From assembly GCA_963815115.1 (NCBI GenBank), contig CAWFFN010000007.1:1024001-1088000 (forward strand): a stretch of 64,000 nt of DNA, written 5' to 3'. A model generated the notes under the pieces. It was not told where the DNA came from. It was given only the letters and a program-made list of their open reading frames with translations, and ran no database searches. This stretch comes from an uncultured delta proteobacterium. GTDB taxonomy: Bacteria; Desulfobacterota; Binatia; DP-6. Of this stretch, positions 10,338-19,672 are shown piece after piece; the stretch's first letter is position 1; every line of letters begins with the position of its first letter. Position numbers and translations under genes: made by a program.

Positions 10338-10386
10338 CGTCTCCTCAGTCGCCCCCGGGGCACGAGAGCATGCGTGGCGCGGACAT

Positions 10387-11169
10387 TCAGCGTCCCGACG
10401 CCGGCACGCGGGTGGCGGCAGTCCAGCGCGTCGCCCGCCGCAGCTGATAGCGGCCCAGCACCATGCCGAGCCGGACCCTGACCGGATCGAGGAAGGCGCG
10501 CGCTCCCTGTCCCAGCGTGACGGTCGAGCCGGGGCTGTTGCGCCAGCGCACCGGCACCTCCGCGATCGGCACGCCGAGACGCTGCGCGAGTGCCAGCACC
10601 TCGACGTCGAAGCCGAAGCGCTCGATCCGGGCACGGGCGAAGATCGGGCCGACCACGTCGGCGACGAAGAGCTTGAAGCCGCACTGCGTGTCGTGAATGC
10701 CGCGCACGGCGAACAGCTGCACCACGAAGTTGAAGAGGCGTCCCATCAGGCTACGCGCCAGCGACTGGCGCTCCTCGATGAGGGTCCGGTCGAGCGCGCG
10801 CGAGCCGATGGCGATTCCTGCGCCCTCGTCGAGGGCACGCTCGAGCTTCGGAAGCTCCTCGATGGGAGCGGACAGGTCGGCATCGGAGAAGAGCACGCGC
10901 GCACCGCGCGCCGCCAGCATGCCGCGCCGAACGCTGGCGCCCTTGCCCATGTTCTCGGGATTGCGGATCACGCGGCCTCGCTCCCCGATGGGAGCCAGTA
11001 TCTGCTCGGCCGCGGCGGCGGTCGCATCGCTCGAGCCGTCGTCGACCACGATGACCTCGTACTCCATGTCACGGGTCTCGAGATACGCGACGATCCGCTC
11101 GAGCGATGCCGGCAACCGGCCGGCCTCGTTGTACGCGGGAATGACGATCGAGAGCTTCGGGGAACTCAT
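10387..11169 (-). CDS. GT2 polyprenyl/dolichyl-phosphate beta-glucosyltransferase-like protein
   Basis: LSIVIPAYNE, VVDDGSSD, NMGKGASVRRG, FSDADLS, DTQCGFKLF, FGFDVE. Confidence 0.92.
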   Translation of the reverse strand: MSSPKLSIVIPAYNEAGRLPASLERIVAYLETRDMEYEVIVVDDGSSDATAAAAEQILAPIGERGRVIRNPENMGKGASVRRGMLAARGARVLFSDADLSAPIEELPKLERALDEGAGIAIGSRALDRTLIEERQSLARSLMGRLFNFVVQLFAVRGIHDTQCGFKLFVADVVGPIFARARIERFGFDVEVLALAQRLGVPIAEVPVRWRNSPGSTVTLGQGARAFLDPVRVRLGMVLGRYQLRRATRWTAATRVPASGR

Positions 11170-12296
11170 CAGGATCCTCCGGTGGAGGTGACGGGCCACA
11201 CGGGCCCGGTGGGGCACGGCGTCGTTGCCATGCGGGCGGACGCCCGGCGCGGTTTGCGCGCGAGCGCGGGAGCTTCGATGAAGTGCCACGACAGCGCGGC
11301 GAGGACGAGCGTCGGCACGAAGGCGAGGGCGAAGAAGCGCGGCATGGAGATGCCGGTCCCCGCGGCCTGCACGATGGCCTGCTGGATCGGATAGGCGAAG
11401 ACGTAGAGGCCGTAGGAGAAGTCGCCGTACCGTCCGAATCCCTGGAGCGGCAGCGCGCGCCAGCAGCCCAGGAACAGGAGCAGGTAGGTCCCCGCGACGG
11501 GGAAGATCAGGCGTACGCCTCCGACCAGGGCGGCGGCGACGAGCGCCGCCGCGGCGCCGGCCGCGAGCAGCGCGCTGAACGGCACGCGGGCACGCAGGGC
11601 GTACAGCGCGCTGCCGGCGAAGAAGCATCCGACGAGTTCGAGCAGGGTCGTCGCGACGCTCGTGACCGGGAGGCCGAGCAGCGTCAGCAGGACCTGGCCC
11701 GCCAGCGCTCCTCCGAGGAGCAGCGGGCTGACGATGGTCCAGCGCGCGCCGAGCCACGCGCCCACCACGGCGACGAGGCCGTAGCAGAAGATCTCGTAGC
11801 GCAGCGACCAGAGCGAGGCGTTGAGCTGGTGCGGCACCGGGTTGTCGCCGAACAGCAGCGGCGAGGCGAGATGGCGGTGGAGCGCGATGCCGCCGAAGTG
11901 CGCCCAGGTGCTGCGTGCTTCGAGGTAGTCGAGCACGGAGCCGGAGGTCGCGAGCGGCCCCACGATGAGCGCGCCGAAGACGAGCGCGGCGAGCAACGCC
12001 GGGACCAGCCGGAGCGCGCGCTTCACGGCGAACCCACGCAGGTCGGGATCGCCGTCCCAGCTCTGCGTGATGAGAAATCCGCTCAGCACGAAGAACGCCT
12101 GGACCGCGAGGCTGCCGGCGTCGATCTGGCGGGTGAACGCGAACACCGGGTCCATCGAACGGCCAGCCAGGGCGTAGCAGTGCGACCAGATCACCGCGGT
12201 CGCCAGGCCGACGCGCAGGACGTCGAAGTTGTTGCGCCGCCGGTCGTAGGCGTTGGCGAATGACGGCAGGGCCGCCGATGAATTGTGTACAGACAT
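11169..12296 (-). CDS. Acyltransferase-3 (OafA/YrhL) O-acetyltransferase
   Basis: NNFDVLR, FFVLSGFLITQS, KRALRLVP, NASLWSLRYE, GDFSYGLYVFAYPIQQ, SWHFIE. Confidence 0.92.
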   Translation of the reverse strand: MSVHNSSAALPSFANAYDRRRNNFDVLRVGLATAVIWSHCYALAGRSMDPVFAFTRQIDAGSLAVQAFFVLSGFLITQSWDGDPDLRGFAVKRALRLVPALLAALVFGALIVGPLATSGSVLDYLEARSTWAHFGGIALHRHLASPLLFGDNPVPHQLNASLWSLRYEIFCYGLVAVVGAWLGARWTIVSPLLLGGALAGQVLLTLLGLPVTSVATTLLELVGCFFAGSALYALRARVPFSALLAAGAAAALVAAALVGGVRLIFPVAGTYLLLFLGCWRALPLQGFGRYGDFSYGLYVFAYPIQQAIVQAAGTGISMPRFFALAFVPTLVLAALSWHFIEAPALARKPRRASARMATTPCPTGPVWPVTSTGGS

Positions 12297-12493
12297 CGTG
12301 GAATGAGTGATTTCCCTCGTAAAACTAGTACCTTCGTCCCGCTTGCCCGGTTCGGGTGGATCGACTACGAGGGGCGGCCGGCCACCATGTAAGCGACGTA
12401 CCGAGGGCACGGCTTGCGTCAGGCCCTGTCCGCCGCGGCCGAGCACCGTCCACGTACTCTGCAAACCCACAGATCTGATGGAGATTCCCGCCG

Positions 12494-14515
12494 ATGAGCC
12501 CACGCCGACCGCCTGCCTTCGCCGCCCCTGCCCTGCTCGCGAGCGTGCTGCTGCTCGGTACCAGCGCCCTCGCCGCGCCGCTGCGCACCCTGTGGGTCGA
12601 TCACGACTCCAAGGGCGGGCACTGCAGCGACGGCTACTCGGCCAGCGATAACGCGGCTGCCAACGGGTCGAAGCCCTGGTGCACGCTGGGCGCGGCGGGA
12701 AAGGCCGCGCGCGCGGGCGATCTCGTGACCGTGCGGGGCGGGACCTACGCGGAGCCGATGGCGTGCGGCGGTGTCCCCGGCTGTGCGGGAATGTGCGTGC
12801 TGGAGCTGGTGAAGAAGGGGACCGCCGCCAATCCCATCACCTATCGCGCCTATCCCGGCGAGGTACCGACGATCGATCCTGCCGGCCAGGTTCCGAAGAG
12901 CGGCTCGGTGCCCGGCCTCGTGAATGGCGTCTGCGCCGGCATCAGCACCCCGGTGGGCATCTGCAAGGGAGGCTCCCGCGCGGGCCAGGACTGCACCAGC
13001 GACGACACCAACGCGAGCAGCGGGTGTCCCGGCACGTCCTGTCCCAAGTGCTGCGATCGGGGGCCGAGCTACCAGACCGTCATCGACGGCTTCCGGTTCC
13101 AGAACTGGAGTTTCACCGACACCAATCCGAGCTCGAGCAACACGAGCCACATCGCGTCGCAGTACGCCTTCTTCATCAACTGGGGCCTGGGCTCCCCGAC
13201 CGACATCACCATTCGCAACTCCGAGTTCGCGAACAACAACGGTGGTGGAGTGCTGCACGCCCACGGCACCGCGCGCGTCACCTTCGAGTACAACAAGGTG
13301 CACGACAACTGGACGCACGGCTGGACGTCGGCGGTGAACTTCTGGAACGCGGTCGGCAAGAACGAGGGCGCCAACGTGATTCGCGGCAACGTCATCTGGA
13401 ACAACCAGGACGATCCGCCGATCTGGTGCCTGCCCAGCTACTGCGGCGGCCCCACCTCGAACAGGAACGCCTGCGCCTGGGATCGGTACACCAACACGCA
13501 CCTCTCGACGGCCCAGGGCTACGGCTGCGCGTGCGGAGCGGACGCCGACTGCCAGAGCAACAAGTGCGTCGCGCGCGACTGCAGCGCCGCCAAGGGCGGC
13601 TGCGAGTGCGCCGGCGACACCGAGGGGCACGGCGTCATCCTCGACGTCGCGAAGGGCACCTGCACGCCCACCAACCAGCCCACCGCGACCTGCGGCTGGC
13701 TGCAGGATCCGGCGTGCACGGACGGCTGCACCGGAGCCGGCAAGCCGTACGCCTGCTGCACGGGCAAGGGCGCCGGCAACTGCTGCAACCAGGGCGACGC
13801 CGGCAACTTCGTGATCGAGAGCAACGTCTTCTACAACAACGAGGGCAACTGCATCGACCTGTTCAAGTCGGGCGGCGCCGCGGTCCGCAACAACACGTGC
13901 TGGAAGAACCAGCGCCGGCCGAGCGGCGGCGAGATCACCGCCTTCACGAATCGCTCGTCGATCTTCAACAACGTGGTCGTGCCGCGCAGCGAGAGCACCT
14001 GCTGGCAGTCCGCCAACCAGGGCGTCGACTGCACCAGCAACCCCGGCGTCTGCCAGGGAGGGATCTGCAACGACAAGTGGGCGCTGGCGCTCTACTCCAG
14101 CAGCGGCATCTTCCCCATCGATCCGACCACCAACAGCGAGGGCTACAACCTGCTGTGGTCGCCGACCACCCAGGAGATCGTGCAGTTCGCCGGGGGGTCC
14201 CGCGGAACCGTCCAGGAGTTTGTCAATGCCATGCAGCCACAGTACGGATACGGCGTGCAGGACCTCCAGAAGGACCCGCTGCTCGTGAATCCGACCGGGA
14301 ATCCTCCGGACTTCCGGCTCCAGGCCGGGTCCCCGGCCGCGGGATCGGGTAACTCCTCTCATCTGGCACCAGCCGACGTCACGGGAGCGTCGCGTTCACG
14401 GGCCGACCGGGGCGCTTACTCGCTGGGCGCCGGGGCGCCCCCGACGACGACCACGACGCAGCCGCCGACCGGAGCGCCGGCGCCGCCCACCCTGCTGCGT
14501 GTCGAGCCCCAGTAG
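12494..14515 (+). CDS. Secreted right-handed parallel beta-helix protein with Cys-rich inserts (polysaccharide lyase/hydrolase-like)
   Basis: Signal peptide; LWVD..GSKPWCTL..AGDLVTVRGGTY..GTAANPIT..YPGE N-cap; IRGNVIWNN/IESNVFYNN repeats; DPLLVN..DFRLQAGSPA..DRGAY C-cap; about 36 Cys. Confidence 0.8.
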   Translation: MSPRRPPAFAAPALLASVLLLGTSALAAPLRTLWVDHDSKGGHCSDGYSASDNAAANGSKPWCTLGAAGKAARAGDLVTVRGGTYAEPMACGGVPGCAGMCVLELVKKGTAANPITYRAYPGEVPTIDPAGQVPKSGSVPGLVNGVCAGISTPVGICKGGSRAGQDCTSDDTNASSGCPGTSCPKCCDRGPSYQTVIDGFRFQNWSFTDTNPSSSNTSHIASQYAFFINWGLGSPTDITIRNSEFANNNGGGVLHAHGTARVTFEYNKVHDNWTHGWTSAVNFWNAVGKNEGANVIRGNVIWNNQDDPPIWCLPSYCGGPTSNRNACAWDRYTNTHLSTAQGYGCACGADADCQSNKCVARDCSAAKGGCECAGDTEGHGVILDVAKGTCTPTNQPTATCGWLQDPACTDGCTGAGKPYACCTGKGAGNCCNQGDAGNFVIESNVFYNNEGNCIDLFKSGGAAVRNNTCWKNQRRPSGGEITAFTNRSSIFNNVVVPRSESTCWQSANQGVDCTSNPGVCQGGICNDKWALALYSSSGIFPIDPTTNSEGYNLLWSPTTQEIVQFAGGSRGTVQEFVNAMQPQYGYGVQDLQKDPLLVNPTGNPPDFRLQAGSPAAGSGNSSHLAPADVTGASRSRADRGAYSLGAGAPPTTTTTQPPTGAPAPPTLLRVEPQ

Positions 14516-15842
14516 CCCGGCACGCGCGGCCACCGAGGCGAGCGCGGCGGAGCGGCCGCGCATCGCCTACATGACCGGGGAGTACCTGCGGCTCTCCCCC
14601 TTCGTGTTCATCCATCGCGAGGTGGCCGCCCTGCGCCAGCAGGGCTTCCACGTCGAGACCTTCACCATCCGCGGCCTGTCCGATCCGGGCGAGGCCGTGA
14701 ACGACGTCCAGCGCGAGGAAGCGAAGAGCACCTTCGCCGTCCTGCCGCCGTCTCTCGGCCGCCTCCTCGGCTCCCACGCCGCGCTCCTCACCCGCTCGCC
14801 CGAGCGCTGGTGGCGCGCCCTCCGGCTGGCGTGGGCGACGCGGCCGCCCGGGCCGGCAGCGCTCTTCCGCCAGCTCGCCTACTTCGCGGAGGCCGGCATC
14901 GTCGCCGAGCGCATGCGCGAGCGCGGCCTGGTCCATCTGCACAATCACTTCGCCAGCTCGAGCGGCACGGTGGCCATGCTCGCCGCCGAGCTCGGGGGCT
15001 TCACCTTCAGCATCTCGGAGCACGGACCGGACATCTTCTACGCGCCGGAGTGGTGGCGGCTCGACGCCAAGTTCTCGCGCGCCCTCTTCGTCGCCTGCAT
15101 CAGTCATTTCTGCCGCAGCCAGGTGCTCATCTGGACACCGGTGGAACGCTGGCACCGCGTGCACATCGTGCATTGCGGCGTCGATCCGGCCGAGTTCGTG
15201 CCGCGTCCGCACGGCGGCCGGGGCCGCCGGCTGCTCTTCACCGGGCGTCTGGCCGGCGTGAAGGGCGTGCCGATCCTCCTCGAGACGCTCGCCCGCCTGC
15301 GCGAGCGCGACCCCGGCCTCGAGCTGACGCTCGCGGGTGACGGACCCGACCGCGCGAAGCTGGAAGAGGAGGCGCGCCGGCTCGGCGTCGCCGATGGCGT
15401 TCACTTCCTCGGCTATCAATCGTCCGCCCAGGTGCGATCCTTGCTGCAGGAGACCGACGTCTTCGTGCTCCCGAGCTTCGCCGAGGGCGTACCGGTGGTG
15501 CTGATGGAGGCGATGGCGTCCGGCGTGCCGGTGGTGGCAACGCAGGTCGCGGGCGTCTCCGAGCTGGTCGAGGACGGCGTCTCGGGCTTCGTCGTCCCCC
15601 CCGGCGACGTCGACGCGCTCGCCGGGGCGATCGCCAGGCTGCTCGACGACTCCGAGCTGCGCGGCCGCTTCGGTGCCGCGGGGCGCCGCGCCGTCGAGCG
15701 CGAGTTCGACGTGGGGCGCGAGGCCGGCTGGCTCGGCGAGGTCATCTCGTCGGCGCTCGAGGGAGTCGTGCTGCCGTTGCGTCCGACGATGGCCAGCGCC
15801 GCGCTGCCCGAGAACGCGCCGCGCACCTGGCCGATGCCGTAG
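14499..15842 (+). CDS. GT4 glycosyltransferase (WcaL-like)
   Basis: FIHREV, HLHNHF, HGPDIF, HCGVD, GRLAGVKG, LPSFAEGVPVVLMEAMASG. Confidence 0.92.
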   Translation: MSSPSSPARAATEASAAERPRIAYMTGEYLRLSPFVFIHREVAALRQQGFHVETFTIRGLSDPGEAVNDVQREEAKSTFAVLPPSLGRLLGSHAALLTRSPERWWRALRLAWATRPPGPAALFRQLAYFAEAGIVAERMRERGLVHLHNHFASSSGTVAMLAAELGGFTFSISEHGPDIFYAPEWWRLDAKFSRALFVACISHFCRSQVLIWTPVERWHRVHIVHCGVDPAEFVPRPHGGRGRRLLFTGRLAGVKGVPILLETLARLRERDPGLELTLAGDGPDRAKLEEEARRLGVADGVHFLGYQSSAQVRSLLQETDVFVLPSFAEGVPVVLMEAMASGVPVVATQVAGVSELVEDGVSGFVVPPGDVDALAGAIARLLDDSELRGRFGAAGRRAVEREFDVGREAGWLGEVISSALEGVVLPLRPTMASAALPENAPRTWPMP

Positions 15843-16726
15843 GCGAGCACCCCCGGCACGATGAGCGGCAGCGCGCGAACGAGAGCGAGCAGCTGCCACG
15901 GGCACCAGCGCGCCAGGCGGAAGACGATCTTGGCGAGCTTCGCCAGCGGCGCCACCGGCAGGAGGGCCAGAAAGAGAAGCATCGAGGTCGAGTCCGCGAA
16001 CGGGACCACGCGGCGCGCCATGGCGGTGTACTTCCCGAGCAGCATCTGGTTGCGCAGGTAGGGCCGGAGGCGGCGGCGGTTGTCGTGGAACACGCACATG
16101 GCGGGCGAGAACAGGATGCGGCCGCCGGCCATGGCGACACGGCGCGAGAAGATCAGGTCCTCGGCCGCCCGGATCTCGACGAAGGGACCGAAGCGCGCGT
16201 ACGCCGACCGTCGCATGACCAGGTTGCCCGAGAGCGCGAACCACATCTGGCGCCGCGGGGTCTCGCGCAGGAACTCGCTGAACATGAGCAGCTGCTCCGC
16301 CCGGCTGACCGCCGAGTCGCGGTTGGCGTTGCCGATCGAGCCGCAGATCAGATCGCTCCCGGACTCGGCCGCGCGCACGACCTCGTCGATCCAGTCGGAT
16401 GCCGCGTAGGCATCGCTGTCGATGAACGCCAGGATCTCCCCGCGCGCGGCCGCGACGCCCGCGGCGCGGGCGCGAGCCGCCAGCGCGCGCTCCGGCAGCT
16501 GGATGGTGCGGGCCTCGGGGAGCTCGCGCGCTGCCTCGGCGCAGGTGTCGTCCTCGCCCGAGTGCACGACGATCACCTCGAAGAGCTGGCGCGTCTGCTG
16601 AACCGCGAGCGCGGCCATGCACTTGCCGATGGTGCGCGCCGAGTTGAGGGCCGGAACGATGACGGACACGAGCGGTGTCCGGGCTTCGCTCTCGCTCACG
16701 ATGTGCATCGACATCACCGGCCTCAT
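15416..16726 (-). CDS. GT2 glycosyltransferase with C-terminal TM segments and long read-through tail antisense to the GT4 gene
   Basis: VSVIVPALNS, AFIDSD, AAEDLIF; ATGA coupling at 16723-16726; last ~130 aa are low-complexity antisense translation. Confidence 0.8.
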   Translation of the reverse strand: MRPVMSMHIVSESEARTPLVSVIVPALNSARTIGKCMAALAVQQTRQLFEVIVVHSGEDDTCAEAARELPEARTIQLPERALAARARAAGVAAARGEILAFIDSDAYAASDWIDEVVRAAESGSDLICGSIGNANRDSAVSRAEQLLMFSEFLRETPRRQMWFALSGNLVMRRSAYARFGPFVEIRAAEDLIFSRRVAMAGGRILFSPAMCVFHDNRRRLRPYLRNQMLLGKYTAMARRVVPFADSTSMLLFLALLPVAPLAKLAKIVFRLARWCPWQLLALVRALPLIVPGVLAYGIGQVRGAFSGSAALAIVGRNGSTTPSSADEMTSPSQPASRPTSNSRSTARRPAAPKRPRSSESSSSLAIAPASASTSPGGTTKPETPSSTSSETPATCVATTGTPDAIASISTTGTPSAKLGSTKTSVSCSKDRTWADD

Positions 16727-18236
16727 GCGGCGGCGCTCGCCCGCGTGCGCTCGGCCGGCGTGGCCGGTCCGGTTGGCGTCCGGGACATGATCTCGTCCGA
16801 CGACTCCACGAGCCGCGCAGCTCCGACGGCGACCCCGAACAACATGAACACGAGCTTGTAGGTGGCCGCTCCGCTCACGTGATCCATGTTGAGCGCCCAG
16901 ATGAGCGTAATCAGCGACCAGAACAGCCAGAGCCCGGCACTTTGCAGCTCGACGTCCGCAGATTCTTGAGCCGAGAGGCCGCCTGCAAGGCCACCCGGAA
17001 CAGGCAGATGAACGCCAGCAGGCCGAAGATGCCGGTCTCAGCCCAGGTCAGGAAGAACTGATTGTGAACGATGAAGACCCATCCCTCGGCGCCTGCCCTG
17101 GCGGCGTAGTCGCGCACCTGGCTGGTCCCGGTGTTGAGACCGATACCCACGAGGGGATGCGCCTTGATCATCTCCACGGCGATGAGTACGAGTCGCTTGC
17201 GCGTCTCGTAGTCGTCCATGTGGTTCTGCTCCACGCGCGCGGCGATGAACGGCCACGCGACCAGGAGCACCAGCAGCCCGCCCCCGGCCAGCGCGACGAG
17301 GCGCTCCGCCCGCAATTGACCTCGGCGAACGGCGGCCCACAGGATCCCGCCGCCGCCGAGAATGAGCCCGATCCAGGCGGTCCTGGTCTGGGTCAGCAAA
17401 AGCGCGAAGCCTCCGATCCCGAGCTGCAGATTGAGCCAGAGTCGATCCCTCGTGCCCATCGGCTGGTAGAGGCGGCTCAGAGCCGACAGCAACCCCACGA
17501 CCAACATGGTCGCGGCGGCGGACGGGGTGTTGAGCGTCCCGGTAAACCGTCCGCTGAGGGCCACGACGTCCTCGCCAGGCAGGCCGCGGCTGAGCGAGAC
17601 CTGCGCACCGGTCACGAAGCTGACGATGATGAGCACGCTTTGGATGAGGAGGGTCCACGCCACGAGTCGTTGCACGAGCCGCAGGCCGTCACGCGTAGTC
17701 GACTGATCGGCGACGGCGAGCTCGATGAGCGCCAGCGTCAGGATCTCAAAGAGACCGAAGGTCACGAGCTGGCGGTCAGTCGTGCTCAGACTCGACGCGA
17801 CGCCGGCGCCGAACATCACGATCATCCACCACATCGTGCGACGGTCGACGAAGAGCGGTGGGCCGAGTCGCCGCGCTGCCATGAGGGTCCGGAGCGCCAG
17901 GAGGAGTGCAGCGACGATCAGGATCGGGGAGATCAGGATGCCGTACGGACCCGCCGGCTTGAAGGGGCGGAACGAGTACGCGATCGCGACGTCCACCTGA
18001 TACGAGAGCAGCAACGTGGCGAACAGGAGCCGCTCGAGCGACCCCGCCCGCCGGAGAAGGCTCGGAATGAAGGCGAGCAGCACCGCCGCGCCGAGCCCGT
18101 ACACCGCGAACCGCGTCTCCTGACCGAAGAGGTAGATCACGGCGAGGCCGATGACGAGGCCGACGCCGAGGCCGGGCAGAAAGCTGCCCTGCCGCGCTCG
18201 TCGTCGGGTCGCGTCGTCGAGCACCGCCGGTGTCAC
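16723..18236 (-). pseudogene. O-antigen ligase/Wzy polymerase family protein with a 1-nt frameshift near 16963 (pseudogene or sequencing error)
   Basis: RFTGTLNTPS, TQTRTAWIG, HPLVGIG, VHNQFFLTWAETGIFG; after CTC AAG AA the hydrophobic C-terminus (SADVELQSAGLWLFWSLITLIWALNMDH...) continues in another frame to a TGA at 16723 coupled to the next ATG. Confidence 0.8.
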
Positions 18237-19672
18237 AGGGCCACCCGCTTCGCGCCGCGCGCCACGGGCCATCCCAGGCTCTGCCGCAACTCGTCCAGCG
18301 GCACGAGTCCGAGCATCAGACAGGCGACGCCAAACGAGATCAGTGCAACAGAGGTGGCGATGATCGGGCCGGTGAACGAGAGGCTCCACAGCACGACCAG
18401 CGCCGCCGTGGTCGCGACGGCCACGCGCAGGAGATCCGGCCCGAGGGCGAGTGGCGCCGCCCAGCGGACGACGCCGGCGTACTGCAGGACCGCGTACACG
18501 GACGACGCCGCCAGCACCGCGACCGCCGCGCCCGCCGCGCCGAAGCGCGGGACCAGCAGCAGCGCGCCGCCCGCGCTCACCGCCATGCTGACCAGATTGA
18601 CCCCCAGGTCGACCGCCTGGCGATCGGCCGCGAACAGCACCTGCGCCAGGACGATCGCGATCGAGAACGGAAGCACCGCCCAGGCGAGGATGCGCAGGAT
18701 GTCGGCGGCTCCGGCGAGGTCCGCCCCGAACAGGAGGTGGATCACCGGGCCGGCGCACCCATAGAGCCCCAGCACGATCGGAACCGAGAGGAGCAGGCCG
18801 TTGCGCGTCGCGCGCCGGGCCGCGGCGGCGTACTCGATCTGACCGGCGGCGCGCAGCCGCGCCAGCACCGGATACATCGCGCGCGCGAAGGCGGGCGTCA
18901 CGGTGCGCGCGAGATCGACCATGCGCAGCGCGGCGCTGTACAAGCCGACGTCCCGCCAGCTCCCCAGGCTCGAGATGAGGAAGACGTCGGCACGGGCGTA
19001 GAGTGCGTTCACCACCGGGATCAGGCCGGTGACCGGTACGTAGCCGGCGAGCCGCCAGACGATCCGCCGGTCGAGACGCCCGCCACGGACGCCGCGGTGC
19101 CGCAACGCCAGCACGAAGACGAGCGCCGCCGCCACCCGCAGCGCGAGCAGCAGGACGGCGATGGCGACGACCCCGAACCCGCCGAGCACCAGCCCGGTGC
19201 CGATCGCGGCCCGGACCGCCGTCTCGGCCAGGTTGATCACCACGAAGTCGCGGGCATTCTCGAACGCCAGCAAGATCGCCTCGGCGCACTGCGTGACGGC
19301 CGAGGGCAGCACCGTGAGCGCCGTCAACCCGAGCGCCAGGGCCATGTCGCCGTCCGAGACCCGGAGCGCGCACACGCCGAGCGCCACCGCGACGAGAGGG
19401 AGCACGAGCGCGGACGACAGGGCCACCGCGTTGACGAACCAGCGGCCAGCGTCCTGCGGCCCCTGGGCCGCCTCGCGGGTGAGAACGACCGGCAGGCCGA
19501 ACCCGGCGGCCGACATGCAGAACACGAACACGCTCATCAGGAGCGAGTACTTCCCGAGTGTCTCGACACCCTGGAGGCGGCTGATGGCCAGCACCAGGAC
19601 GAGCGAGAACATCGGCGCGAGCAGGTTGCTCACCGCGATGAACGCGAAGTTCCTGGACACGGCTCGACTCAT
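18233..19672 (-). CDS. wzx: Wzx-type polysaccharide flippase
   Basis: MSRAVSRNF, LGKYS, FGLPVVLTRE, RADVFLISSL..VGLYSAA, LVPRFGAAGAAVA; ~12-14 TM. Confidence 0.88.
   Translation of the reverse strand: MSRAVSRNFAFIAVSNLLAPMFSLVLVLAISRLQGVETLGKYSLLMSVFVFCMSAAGFGLPVVLTREAAQGPQDAGRWFVNAVALSSALVLPLVAVALGVCALRVSDGDMALALGLTALTVLPSAVTQCAEAILLAFENARDFVVINLAETAVRAAIGTGLVLGGFGVVAIAVLLLALRVAAALVFVLALRHRGVRGGRLDRRIVWRLAGYVPVTGLIPVVNALYARADVFLISSLGSWRDVGLYSAALRMVDLARTVTPAFARAMYPVLARLRAAGQIEYAAAARRATRNGLLLSVPIVLGLYGCAGPVIHLLFGADLAGAADILRILAWAVLPFSIAIVLAQVLFAADRQAVDLGVNLVSMAVSAGGALLLVPRFGAAGAAVAVLAASSVYAVLQYAGVVRWAAPLALGPDLLRVAVATTAALVVLWSLSFTGPIIATSVALISFGVACLMLGLVPLDELRQSLGWPVARGAKRVAL

Noticed and set aside
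12400-12420. GGCACGGCTTGC sigma54-like element before the beta-helix gene
   Set aside because: GG-to-GC spacing is 8-9 nt, not the obligatory 10
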